DNA from: Bacteroidales bacterium
GTDB lineage: Bacteria; Bacteroidota; Bacteroidia; Bacteroidales; GCA-2748055
DNA: 64,000 nucleotides
Assembly (NCBI GenBank): GCA_029938715.1
Contig: JAOZUK010000008.1
Location: 5,511-69,510, forward strand
Direction of reading: 5' to 3'
This document shows, one piece after another, positions 55,570 to 64,000 of the stretch. The notes under the pieces were generated by a model. It made no database searches. It had not been told where the DNA came from and saw only the letters and a list, made by a program, of their open reading frames with translations. Position numbers and translations under genes: made by a program. Position 1 is the first letter of the stretch. Each line of letters starts with the position of its first letter.

Positions 55570-57345
55570 TTATTCTTTAAAATACTTTTCCAATTCTTCC
55601 AGTTCTACGATCTTTACTATTAGCTTCCCCGAAGGTGAATAATTGGGATTGCTACACGCAAAGAGCTGATCTATAATCTCTTGCATTTCGATATCGGAAA
55701 GTTGCTTCCCATAGTCGATGGCAGATGCACGCGCAGCCGAACGTGCAACCCGTTCAGGTATCCCCGTGCTTACCTCGCCCTGAAGTGCTTTATATTGTTC
55801 TATCATCATCTCTATTTTGTTCACAGCACTTACAGTTTCCATTTCTGCCGGTAAGCCGTGTACAACAATTGAGTTGTTCCCAAAGTCCCTGATATCGAAA
55901 CCAAGTCGATCCAAGTCTTCCATCATTTCCAGGCACACCTGGTAATCAACTGCATTCAAACTGATGGTTTCAGGGAAGAGTGATTGTTGTGAAAGGGGTT
56001 GCTTCTGTTCCTGGGCTTCCATCATTCTTTCAAACAGGATTCGTTCATGCGCTCTTCTTTGATCGACTAGCATCAGTCCTGATTTAACAGGTGAGAGAAT
56101 GTATTTGTTCTTAATCTGAAGGTTTTTATTTGTTGGGACCTGCACCTGTGCAGCTGGCTCAAAAAGCTGTTCCCATCCTGAGAACCGATCATCAAGATAG
56201 GGAGAACTGCGTTTCTCCCTGCTATAGGATTCCTCTCCGTCGAATGGATTGAATGCCGGATTGGTATCGATGGAAGGTTGTTTTATGTCTGTATCTTTTG
56301 TAAGTATTGGGATATCGATGACTCCCTCTTTACTAAAGTCCAGGGAAGGCGACAGGTTGTTTCTTCCAATAGCCTCTTTTACAGATGCAAGCAATATCTG
56401 CCATATGGATCGCTCATCCTCAAACTTTATTTCAGTTTTGGAAGGATGAATGTTTACATCAATCTTAGAAGGATCGATATTAAAATAGATGAAATAAGAG
56501 GGAATATAATCAGGTGCCAGAATCTGGTCATATCCATTCATTACTGCTTTGTGAAAATAGGGATGTCTGATAAACCTGTTGTTTACAAAAAAGAACTGCT
56601 CCCCGTATTTCCTCCTGGCATGTTCGGGTTTTCCAATGAAACCAGCAATATTAATCAGAGTAGTATCCGATTCAAGGGGGATCAGGTAGGAGTTAACAGA
56701 TTTCCCAAAGATTCCGATTATACGTTGCCTCAGATTGGAAGGAGGTAATTGAAAGATCTCTGATTGGTTATGGGTCAGGGAAAATTCTATTTCAGGATGT
56801 GTAAGGGCCACATGATTGAATTCATTGATTATGTGGCGCAATTCTGTCTGATCGCTTTTTAGGAATTTTCTTCTGGCAGGGATATTAAAAAAAAGGTTTT
56901 TTACCTGAAAGTTTGTCCCGATTGGAGTTTGCACAGGTTCCTTGATCTCATGCCTGGTTCCTACAATTCGCAGATGTGTACCCAATTCATCTTCCGATCG
57001 GCGTGTTTTAAGAGTGATCTCAGAAACAGCTGCCATGGAGGCCAATGCCTCACCCCTAAATCCGCGAGTTTGAATTGAGAACAGATCTTCGGCCCTTGTA
57101 ATCTTGGAAGTGGCATGCCTTTCAAAACACAGACTTGCATCTGTTTCTGACATACCTGTACCATTATCCACAACCTGCACCATGGTTTTTCCGGCATCTT
57201 TGACAATCACCCGGATGGTAGTGGCATCTGCATCTACGGCATTCTCCATTAATTCCTTGACAACTGACGCCGGTCGCTGGATTACCTCACCTGCTGCGAT
57301 CTGGTTTGCGACCGCATCACTCAACACCTGGATTACATCTGACAT
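55570..57345 (-). CDS. mutL: DNA mismatch repair protein MutL
   Basis: GHKL ATPase N-terminus (IAAGEVIQRPASVVKELMENAVDA, DNGTGM), 591 aa. Confidence 0.95.
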   Translation of the reverse strand: MSDVIQVLSDAVANQIAAGEVIQRPASVVKELMENAVDADATTIRVIVKDAGKTMVQVVDNGTGMSETDASLCFERHATSKITRAEDLFSIQTRGFRGEALASMAAVSEITLKTRRSEDELGTHLRIVGTRHEIKEPVQTPIGTNFQVKNLFFNIPARRKFLKSDQTELRHIINEFNHVALTHPEIEFSLTHNQSEIFQLPPSNLRQRIIGIFGKSVNSYLIPLESDTTLINIAGFIGKPEHARRKYGEQFFFVNNRFIRHPYFHKAVMNGYDQILAPDYIPSYFIYFNIDPSKIDVNIHPSKTEIKFEDERSIWQILLASVKEAIGRNNLSPSLDFSKEGVIDIPILTKDTDIKQPSIDTNPAFNPFDGEESYSREKRSSPYLDDRFSGWEQLFEPAAQVQVPTNKNLQIKNKYILSPVKSGLMLVDQRRAHERILFERMMEAQEQKQPLSQQSLFPETISLNAVDYQVCLEMMEDLDRLGFDIRDFGNNSIVVHGLPAEMETVSAVNKIEMMIEQYKALQGEVSTGIPERVARSAARASAIDYGKQLSDIEMQEIIDQLFACSNPNYSPSGKLIVKIVELEELEKYFKE

Positions 57346-57630
57346 TTACCTGAGAAATATAAAGTATGCAATCAGGAAAAGGACTGCAAGGATGATCAGA
57401 AGCCTGATATTTGAATTTTGAGAAGCCTTTACTTTTGCCTTTTGTTTTGCGTGTCGAAATGATCCCCTTTTGATGGTGGTCCGGTTAGGATACGAGGGCA
57501 TGTCAACACCCATTTCATGCTTAATCTGCCTGATTCGTTGTTCCCTCTCCTCTTTTTCCGGATCCCAGTAGCGCGGAGAATAATCAAATTGCTTGTAGCC
57601 TGGGAGCTTTATAAACCTGGGTAATCCCAT
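57346..57630 (-). CDS. hypothetical 94-aa protein with a C-terminal TM anchor
   Basis: Its stop abuts the mutL start. Basic N-terminal part, then LLIILAVLFLIAYFIFL. Confidence 0.45.
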   Translation of the reverse strand: MGLPRFIKLPGYKQFDYSPRYWDPEKEEREQRIRQIKHEMGVDMPSYPNRTTIKRGSFRHAKQKAKVKASQNSNIRLLIILAVLFLIAYFIFLR

Positions 57631-57753
57631 GATCTTATCATTTAAAGGGCAAAGTTAACGAATTAAGTCTACAAAGTAGAAAGTATGCAAGTTGAAAGTA
57701 GCCAGTGAAAAGTGAATATCGGAAAGTTCGAATCTGTTTTTTACTTTTGAAGA

Positions 57754-58326
57754 ATGAAAACTATTATTGAAGCAAATCTGAATGAAGCAAAAGAGGTGTT
57801 GAATGATTTTATTTGTCGGTCCGAAAACATTGCCTCAATTGAAAGGTCTGCCCAGATTCTTATAGAATCTATAGCAAAAGGAGGCAAGATCATTTCCTGT
57901 GGAAACGGTGGGTCGATGACAGATGCCATGCATTTCGCCGAAGAGCTATCAGGTGTTTTCAGGGAGAAACGACCTGCACTTCCAGCCATTTGCATTTCAG
58001 ATCCTTCTCACATTACCTGTACTGCAAACGATTATGGGTTTGAATTTGTTTTTTCCCGATTTGTTGAAGGTGTGGGGCAAAAGAGTGATGTGCTACTTGC
58101 CATAAGTACCAGCGGGAATTCTATGAATATTATAAAGGCTGCAGAAGCTGCTAAGGATAAAGGGATGAAAGTGGTGGGTCTCACGGGTAATACCGGGGGA
58201 TTGCTATCTGGTATGGTGGATCAGGAGATCAGGGTGAAGGGTCGGACTCATTCGGATCGCATCCAGGAGGTTCATATCAAAGTTCTTCATATTTTGGTTC
58301 TGCTCATAGAACAGGGTCTCAAATAG
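57754..58326 (+). CDS. gmhA: D-sedoheptulose-7-phosphate isomerase (SIS domain)
   Basis: CGNGGSMTDAMHFAEEL and ISTSGNS motifs, 190 aa. Confidence 0.85.
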   Translation: MKTIIEANLNEAKEVLNDFICRSENIASIERSAQILIESIAKGGKIISCGNGGSMTDAMHFAEELSGVFREKRPALPAICISDPSHITCTANDYGFEFVFSRFVEGVGQKSDVLLAISTSGNSMNIIKAAEAAKDKGMKVVGLTGNTGGLLSGMVDQEIRVKGRTHSDRIQEVHIKVLHILVLLIEQGLK

Positions 58327-58357
58327 AGAGGCTGCCGGTATTTGTTGGCAACCTCTC
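58326..58357. terminator. hairpin between the convergent gmhA and blaR1-like genes
   Basis: GAGAGGCTGCC / GGCAACCTCTC 11-bp stem (1 mismatch) with a 10-nt loop and no clear T-run. Confidence 0.35.
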
Positions 58358-58383
58358 GTCTGAATCGGCTTATTTATCCAGGA

Positions 58384-60117
58384 TTATTCCGCGCCGGCAT
58401 TAAACCTGACGGGAACAATGACTTTAACCTTAACCGGCTTTCCCCTTTGCTTACCAGGGTTCCATTCGGGCATTCCTCTAAATACCTCCAGGGCTGGCTT
58501 CTCAAATTCCTTGTGGTTGCTGCTGGCCACTTTGATATCCTCAATTTTTCCTGAAGTGCTTACCAGGAATTGTACGGCCACCTCTCCACTGATGCCTTTC
58601 TTTTTTGCAGATTCGGGATATTCCAGGTTTGAATAGATATATGTTTTTAGTTCGGCTTTTCCGCCTGGGAACATGGGCATATCCTCCACAATGAAAAAGA
58701 CCTCTTCGCCTTCCTGTACCTCTTGAAGTTCCTGCACCTCTTCCAGTTGTTTATCTTTCGATGCAGACACTCCATCTTTGGAGGTGATTATGATCACTCC
58801 ATCAGGTGCGTTATACTTTTTCACCTCCTCCGAATCAGGATCCTTGATTACATCAATACTCTCAATGGTATTCGGATCGATATGCTCAATTTCCTTGACC
58901 ACTTTCCCATCGAGCACAATAACTGGTTGCTTATCCGAATCGCCAGTAGCTTTTATGGTAATCCCATTCTTCCCCTCCTGGACCACAGTAAGCGGGATTG
59001 TTTCCAGATCCATCTGGAATGCTTTGGGCTCAAGTTCTAAAGGTTTTTTCCTAATATCGGATGTCTTTACATAAATGTTTGCATATCCTACAAATGAGAT
59101 CACAATTTCGGGATCCCCGTCCACATTGAGTTTAAAGGATCCATCTCTGTCAACCACAGTTCCCGTTGTGCCATTTTTGATTACCACAGAGGCTCCTGTG
59201 GCAGGTTCCCCTGTTTCAGCAAAAACAACCTTTCCCTTGATGCCTTTCTGTTGAGGAGTCATCCCGGTGGTCAGACCCAGAGTGAAAAGGACTGCTGGAA
59301 TAAGCAGGGCAATTTTAATGATCCCCAGGGGGGATTTTCTTGGCTTTTTCATCATGTTAAATCTTTTAAGTGTTAAGGAATGATTAAACTGGTTGCCCAA
59401 CCTGAATACATTCACACCCAGCGTGTGATTGAGCAGTTGAGCCCTGTAACGAGCAGGATTGATTCCGGTTGTCAGAACTTGCCTGTCAGCCAGATGCTCG
59501 TGGTTTTCTTTAATCATCCTGGAAATAAGCCATGAGAAGGGATTGAACCATGTAAGCAGCAAGGTGAACTCCATCACCATCAGGTCGATGAAATGGAGTT
59601 GTTGAATATGTGCTTTTTCATGGAGGAGTACATTGTCAAGGTCCTGATCGTCTTTCAGTGACCCTGGTATAAAAATTCGGGAGAACAGGGTAAATACCTG
59701 ATCGCTACCAGTGAAAGCGATACCATTGTTATTTTTTGATTTTTGCCAGATAAGGTTCCACTTTGCGATAATAAAGAGATTTTTAAAAAACATGAAAACC
59801 AACCCTGTGACATAAGTTATAATCAGTACCTGGACCCAGTTGATGGTGATACCTGTTTTGGTTCCGTTCTCAGTCAGAGTGACAGGCAGGACCTCGGTAC
59901 CATAGGGATCGATAAATACGATTGGCGTAAGGTTCACGAAAAGATCCGGCCTGCGGAATGTGATCAGGGGGAATATCCATGAAGAGATAATGCCTAACAA
60001 CAGGTAGATACGTTTAATGACCAAATTAGGATCCTCCCTGAATAAGAGATAGTAAGGCAGAAAGATAATTGCCAGGCCGGCTGAGACTTTCAGCAGGTAT
60101 ATGAATAGGTCACTCAT
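58384..60117 (-). CDS. M56 (BlaR1-like) peptidase fused to CarboxypepD_reg and TonB C-terminal domains
   Basis: HEKAHIQQLH zinc motif within TM helices, a KGKVV..GASVVIKNGTTGTVVDRDGSF beta-sandwich, and a C-terminal TonB fold (MPMFPGG...GISGEVAVQFLV...VKVKVIVPVRF). Start taken at MSDLFIYLL. Confidence 0.85.
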   Translation of the reverse strand: MSDLFIYLLKVSAGLAIIFLPYYLLFREDPNLVIKRIYLLLGIISSWIFPLITFRRPDLFVNLTPIVFIDPYGTEVLPVTLTENGTKTGITINWVQVLIITYVTGLVFMFFKNLFIIAKWNLIWQKSKNNNGIAFTGSDQVFTLFSRIFIPGSLKDDQDLDNVLLHEKAHIQQLHFIDLMVMEFTLLLTWFNPFSWLISRMIKENHEHLADRQVLTTGINPARYRAQLLNHTLGVNVFRLGNQFNHSLTLKRFNMMKKPRKSPLGIIKIALLIPAVLFTLGLTTGMTPQQKGIKGKVVFAETGEPATGASVVIKNGTTGTVVDRDGSFKLNVDGDPEIVISFVGYANIYVKTSDIRKKPLELEPKAFQMDLETIPLTVVQEGKNGITIKATGDSDKQPVIVLDGKVVKEIEHIDPNTIESIDVIKDPDSEEVKKYNAPDGVIIITSKDGVSASKDKQLEEVQELQEVQEGEEVFFIVEDMPMFPGGKAELKTYIYSNLEYPESAKKKGISGEVAVQFLVSTSGKIEDIKVASSNHKEFEKPALEVFRGMPEWNPGKQRGKPVKVKVIVPVRFNAGAE

Positions 60118-60493
60118 TGGTTTCACTTTCTTTAAGTTCAGATTCAATTTCACCGATCAGTTCCTGCAATTCACCAAGATTTAAATCATTCTCCTTTGCG
60201 AAAAATGCAGCAAGCCTTGAAAAAGAGCCATCGAAATAGTTGGAAACTAATCCAGAAAGATACCCTTTCAGGTAGTCTTTCTTCTCAAGCATCGGAAAAT
60301 ACAGGTAAGTTGTCCCCACGGCCCTGTGGCCAACAATTTCCTTTTTCTCCAGAACTCTCACCACCGTAGAAATGGTTGTATAAGGAGTATTGGGTTCGCC
60401 AAGCTCATTTATGACCTCTCTGATGGTGGCCTCTTTAAGCTTCCACAATACCAACATGATTTCTTCTTCGGCTTTGGTAAGTCTCTTTGTCAT
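60110..60493 (-). CDS. BlaI/MecI/CopY-family transcriptional repressor
   Basis: LTKAEEEIMLVLW...TPYTTISTVVRVLEKK winged helix. 8-nt overlap with the blaR1-like start. Confidence 0.85.
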   Translation of the reverse strand: MTKRLTKAEEEIMLVLWKLKEATIREVINELGEPNTPYTTISTVVRVLEKKEIVGHRAVGTTYLYFPMLEKKDYLKGYLSGLVSNYFDGSFSRLAAFFAKENDLNLGELQELIGEIESELKESETNE

Positions 60494-60516
60494 CGGGTGT
60501 ACTTTATGATATAACG

Positions 60517-60572
60517 CAAATGTATAACTAATTATTACGTAAATCAACTATAAATACAGTAGAACAACTGTA
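60517..60572 (-). promoter_or_regulatory. blaI promoter region: -7 box TACATTTG (60517-60524) and inverted repeat TACAGT-N6-ACTGTA (60555-60572)
   Basis: TAnnTTTG lies 24 nt upstream of the ATG. The 18-bp inverted repeat contains the TACA/TGTA half-sites used by BlaI/MecI-type repressors. A TTACGTAA palindrome lies at 60535-60542. Confidence 0.4.
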
Positions 60573-60587
60573 AAAACAGTCTAAATA

Positions 60588-61268
60588 TTACAAAATATCA
60601 ACTAAATACATGATAAACAGGACGATGACTGGCACAGAAAAATTATCAAATCCATTGTTGCTGATTCCTTCTGCAATGGAAGCAGCCAGTGATATTACAA
60701 GTGCAACTCCAATAGCATAGATAATGCCTGTTTGCATATAGTAGTAATATGCAACAGTTAATACAACCAATGCACTGAAGAAAAAGCCAAGTGTTCCGGC
60801 ATGGGTTTTGCCTTTTGCAAAGAATCGTTCTAATGGTCCGACAGGTTTTCTGCCAAAATACCTTCCAATAATTGAGGCAGATACATCACTAATTGAAAGG
60901 ACAAGGATGGGGATGATAAAAAAGTGGGGCTTTTTTGAAAGGAAGGAGACCAAGAAACATAAGTAGATGGATGCAAAAAAAAGGTAACTGCCTGCACTTT
61001 TCCCTGAAGTTTTATGGTGAGAGGGAATCAACCCCGTGGCTCTGGTGATATAGAGTATTAGGGAAGATTGAACTGCCATAAGCAGTACCCACCAGTGAGA
61101 AGAAAATATCCATGGGTAGGGTAGTGATATGATTCCTACTGTCAGGTGGGAAAAATTTCTGGTCCACTCTGGTTTCAATTTGAAAATCCGATATAATCCT
61201 TCCCCGATTAACAGGATAACGCCGTACAGGACTGCATATATGATGTAGAATTTTAGATTGTAGTTCAT
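60588..61268 (-). CDS. polytopic membrane protein, dolichol/phytol-kinase-like branch of the CTP-transferase superfamily
   Basis: 226 aa, about 7 TM. The SISDVSASIIGRYFGRK motif resembles the (G)DxxAxxxGxxxG motif of polyprenol kinases. The family call is from memory only. Confidence 0.45.
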   Translation of the reverse strand: MNYNLKFYIIYAVLYGVILLIGEGLYRIFKLKPEWTRNFSHLTVGIISLPYPWIFSSHWWVLLMAVQSSLILYITRATGLIPSHHKTSGKSAGSYLFFASIYLCFLVSFLSKKPHFFIIPILVLSISDVSASIIGRYFGRKPVGPLERFFAKGKTHAGTLGFFFSALVVLTVAYYYYMQTGIIYAIGVALVISLAASIAEGISNNGFDNFSVPVIVLFIMYLVDIL

Positions 61269-61990
61269 TACCAGAGTACTTTCAGAAAGCTTAATAAAGA
61301 GATCACACCCCCGGCCATGATCAGGCTATCAAAACGATCCAGAAAACCTCCATGACCTGGTAGCAATTTACCAAATGCATCCAGGTTGGCCCTACGTTTC
61401 ACAAAGGAAGCTCCCAGGTCACCTAAAAATGCCGATGCCATGATCAGAAGGCTTTTTAGAATGATTTCTGACCATCCCATTGAAAAAGAGTTTCTGACCA
61501 GTAAAACTGAACCAAGGGTAATCAATGTTCCTCCCACCAAACCTTCAACGGTTTTATTGGGACTGATTTTTGGAAGAAGAGGATTCTTTCCTGCCAGTTG
61601 TCCGGCAATCTGACTTGATCCATCAAATAGTACCACAACGAAGATGACCAATAGAATATCTATTTCTGTCCGATTAAGAAAGCTCCAGAAACCAGCCCCC
61701 ACAACAATGAATCCTGTAGCAAACCAGGTTCTACCCTCGGATTTTGAGATTGCATTCCACCATTCCCACGAGCAGATTAAAATCAGAAGATAACCCAGCA
61801 CAATAAAAACTGTATGGTTCCAGATGATGCTATTCCAGATCAGATTGAATAGGATCACATAGGTGAAATACTTGGTCCATTGTTTTTTTGAGCTGACCTG
61901 ATCCAGTTTTCGATTTATCAGAAATATCCAGATGGCTCCGGAGATAAGATGAAACGTGATCAACAGGTATGGCCAAAGAAAATCATTCAT
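61268..61990 (-). CDS. phosphatidate cytidylyltransferase (CdsA)-like protein, short form
   Basis: 240 aa, polytopic. SFVKRRANLDAFGKLLPGHGGFLDRFDS matches the CdsA signature core, with a divergent K-D position. Confidence 0.75.
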   Translation of the reverse strand: MNDFLWPYLLITFHLISGAIWIFLINRKLDQVSSKKQWTKYFTYVILFNLIWNSIIWNHTVFIVLGYLLILICSWEWWNAISKSEGRTWFATGFIVVGAGFWSFLNRTEIDILLVIFVVVLFDGSSQIAGQLAGKNPLLPKISPNKTVEGLVGGTLITLGSVLLVRNSFSMGWSEIILKSLLIMASAFLGDLGASFVKRRANLDAFGKLLPGHGGFLDRFDSLIMAGGVISLLSFLKVLW

Positions 61991-62585
61991 GGTTTTCCCT
62001 TAAATCTTTCAGCACCCAGAAAATGCCTTTCAAATCGGACCGCATATGTGTAATGAGTAACTGTATAACCAGACTTTCAATGAAACCTATCAGGCTGATA
62101 TTCACCATAAAATAAAAGTAGATGGGCTTATATCCGAAAAAGAAAAGCATTATAAAAAAGAGGCCCTGGAAGTACCCTGCAATTTTGATTGAGTAGAGAT
62201 GAAAACTCTGAATCTCTCCAAATTTTATTAAAGGTGAAACAATCACAATCACATAACAAACCACAAATAGATAGAACAGCCATGCATCCGCACCTATTTC
62301 ATCCATTTTGAAAACGATGATTCCGCTAAGGGCAGTGATATACACTCCTATATCGGCCAGAGAGTCGAGTCGGGCACCTATTTGAGTCTTCTGATTAAAC
62401 CGGCGGGCGATCCATCCATCCCAAACATCCGTGTTCAAACTGATCACTAATAGTATGGCAAATGCCATCTCTTGTTTCAGAATGATCATCAATGCAATAA
62501 CAGGAAAGATCAAAAGCCTGTAGAGAGAGAGGATATTTGGAATGGTGAGGGGTATTTTTATATTTAGCAGAGTGATCTCAGACAT
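61983..62585 (-). CDS. CDP-alcohol phosphatidyltransferase family protein
   Basis: Complete D-x2-D-G-x2-A-R-x8-G-x3-D-x3-D motif (DVWDGWIARRFNQKTQIGARLDSLAD). 200 aa, polytopic. Confidence 0.85.
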   Translation of the reverse strand: MSEITLLNIKIPLTIPNILSLYRLLIFPVIALMIILKQEMAFAILLVISLNTDVWDGWIARRFNQKTQIGARLDSLADIGVYITALSGIIVFKMDEIGADAWLFYLFVVCYVIVIVSPLIKFGEIQSFHLYSIKIAGYFQGLFFIMLFFFGYKPIYFYFMVNISLIGFIESLVIQLLITHMRSDLKGIFWVLKDLRENHE

Positions 62586-63756
62586 GATGGTTGGTTTGAA
62601 AAAGTTGACATCCTTGATCCTGCAACAGTGTTATGGCTTCTTCTAATTTCATGGTCCTTATATTCCCAACAGCTCCTCTGCAAAAGGGGCACCCATGGTA
62701 GTCTCCTTTAACATCCATATGGAGGTAACGGTTCCCGGCTCCAAAGCATCCTGTTTTCCTTTGATGGTACCCTGGAAATTGTATAATTGGAAATGATCGG
62801 AATTGTTTGCCCGAATTGATTTTCAGATAGAAATCAACTACAGCCTTCTGTTCCTCTTCTCTCAGTAAAATATCTTTACCTGCATAGTTGCCGGCTTTCC
62901 TGGCTTCAAGAAATCTCACAAATGGAACATTGAGTTCTCTTGCCATTTCCATATATTTCATCAGATCCCCTTCGTTGGCCATGGCTCGGGTAACGCACAG
63001 GGTGAGATTCGGAATGATCCCAGCCTGTATACAGTTGCTGACTGCCTTTAGAACCCAGTCAAAAGCGTCTGGATGGTTGCGAAAACGATTGTGCCTCTCC
63101 TTATCCCAGTGATCAAGGCTGATGGTAGCCCCTGTCAATCCTGATTTTTTAAGGGCTTGGGCCTTCTCCTGTGTAAAGCCATAGCCTGATGTGGATAACC
63201 AGAACTCAATGGTTCCTTTTGGAATCTCCATCAGTTTGAGAAGATCATTCAATCTTAGCATGGGTTCTCCACCTCCGATTTGAATGTGACGAATTCCATT
63301 GTGAATGGCATCTTCCATTACGTTCTTCAAATCTGAAAAAGATAGAAGTTCACTGGTGCTGAGATCTTTCCCTTCAAAACAGTGTTCACAACCATAATGG
63401 CATCGACTGGAGATGGAGAGGATCAGGGTTTGTAAAGGGATCTGACTGGGTCTCTTTTGAAAGGCCTTTTGAATCTCTCTTTGAATAACATCATTGAAGC
63501 CCCTGGATGGAAATCCAGGTAGATAAATGCTCCAATAATAACGACCTTCGAATTGGACAATTTTCTGATCACGTTTGTATCCATGCAGCCTCGGCCGCTG
63601 ACCTGCTAAAAGTTTAAGTGCTTTTACAGCTACAATTGGATTCTTTAAGGTGTAGAGTGAGATTCTGAGGAGTATAAGCCCAGCCCACATTTTGATACAC
63701 CATGCCCGGAATCCTACAACCAATCTGTTACTCTCCTTTCTTTCCCATCTTCCCAT
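62578..63756 (-). CDS. radical SAM enzyme with a hydrophobic N-terminus and a Cys-rich C-terminus
   Basis: CHYGCEHC (CX3CX2C), GGGEP, and a C-terminal GCFGAGN...HGCPFCRG auxiliary-cluster-like region. 392 aa. Confidence 0.85.
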   Translation of the reverse strand: MGRWERKESNRLVVGFRAWCIKMWAGLILLRISLYTLKNPIVAVKALKLLAGQRPRLHGYKRDQKIVQFEGRYYWSIYLPGFPSRGFNDVIQREIQKAFQKRPSQIPLQTLILSISSRCHYGCEHCFEGKDLSTSELLSFSDLKNVMEDAIHNGIRHIQIGGGEPMLRLNDLLKLMEIPKGTIEFWLSTSGYGFTQEKAQALKKSGLTGATISLDHWDKERHNRFRNHPDAFDWVLKAVSNCIQAGIIPNLTLCVTRAMANEGDLMKYMEMARELNVPFVRFLEARKAGNYAGKDILLREEEQKAVVDFYLKINSGKQFRSFPIIQFPGYHQRKTGCFGAGNRYLHMDVKGDYHGCPFCRGAVGNIRTMKLEEAITLLQDQGCQLFQTNHHV

Positions 63757-64000
63757 TCCGTAATATGTGTTCCGCCAGCATTTCCTGCATCAACTCATTT
63801 GAATATACATTGAAATTCCCCGACTTCCGGATCTCCTTCAGCGCTTTAATTTTAGGGACCCCTTTGGGATCCTGAAGAATCTGATAGTAGCCTTTGGAAT
63901 GCAATACGATGGTCCGATCTTCCCCTTTGTATTCCGGTACGCGAAAAATCAGGGTAGCCTCGTTCCCAATCTCCGGCTGATCATAGTAAAGATCATCGTC
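63728..64000 (-). CDS. hypothetical protein, C-terminal 90 codons; the gene enters from beyond the right edge
   Basis: My own translation: ...DDDLYYDQPEIGNEATLIFRVPEYKGEDRTIVLHSKGYYQILQDPKGVPKIKALKEIRKSGNFNVYSNELMQEMLAEHILRNGKMGKKGE*. It overlaps the radical SAM start by 29 nt. Confidence 0.5.
   Translation of the reverse strand, partial: DDDLYYDQPEIGNEATLIFRVPEYKGEDRTIVLHSKGYYQILQDPKGVPKIKALKEIRKSGNFNVYSNELMQEMLAEHILRNGKMGKKGE

Noticed and set aside
57720-57740. tRNA-like T-loop word GTTCGAATC
   Set aside because: The flanking sequence cannot form a T-stem, acceptor stem or anticodon arm. It is an isolated word match only.

Overview
Dense chromosomal window of about 60 protein-coding genes that reads like a Bacteroidota genome. 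The lineage call rests on T9SS C-terminal sorting domains, several TAnnTTTG -7 promoter boxes, a BlaR1-TonB fusion, mutL followed by two rhomboid genes, and dnaE followed by trxA. Most of the content is housekeeping: fumC, asnB, prfB with its programmed +1 frameshift, prmC, recX, ribD, trxA, dnaE, rpsP, rimM, tsaC, dapD, znuABC, yidD, two phosphofructokinases, mutL and gmhA. I recognised no rRNA, tRNA, CRISPR array, transposase or integrase. Seven accessory modules stand out among the housekeeping genes. (1) At the right edge, a translationally coupled operon of a radical SAM enzyme, a CDP-alcohol phosphatidyltransferase, a CdsA-like protein and a polyprenol-kinase-like membrane protein; this is my best candidate for an undescribed lipid pathway, and it runs off the window. 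(2) A Crp/Fnr regulator divergent from an SQR/NDH-2-like flavoprotein, DUF1641, TusE/DsrC-like and DsrE-like operon, with FNR-box-like palindromes in the shared intergenic region. (3) A TetR, outer-membrane barrel, ABC ATPase, two FtsX permeases and LolA-like cluster. (4) A tandem M14 peptidase pair in which one copy has lost all zinc ligands. (5) A secreted TPR-caspase protein. (6) A DnaE carrying an N-terminal DEDDh exonuclease. (7) A TlpA, beta-barrel and T9SS-exported thioredoxin-fold cluster. One TonB-dependent receptor is interrupted by a single in-frame TAG. All functional calls come from reading motifs in the supplied translations and from memory of protein families. No database search was run.
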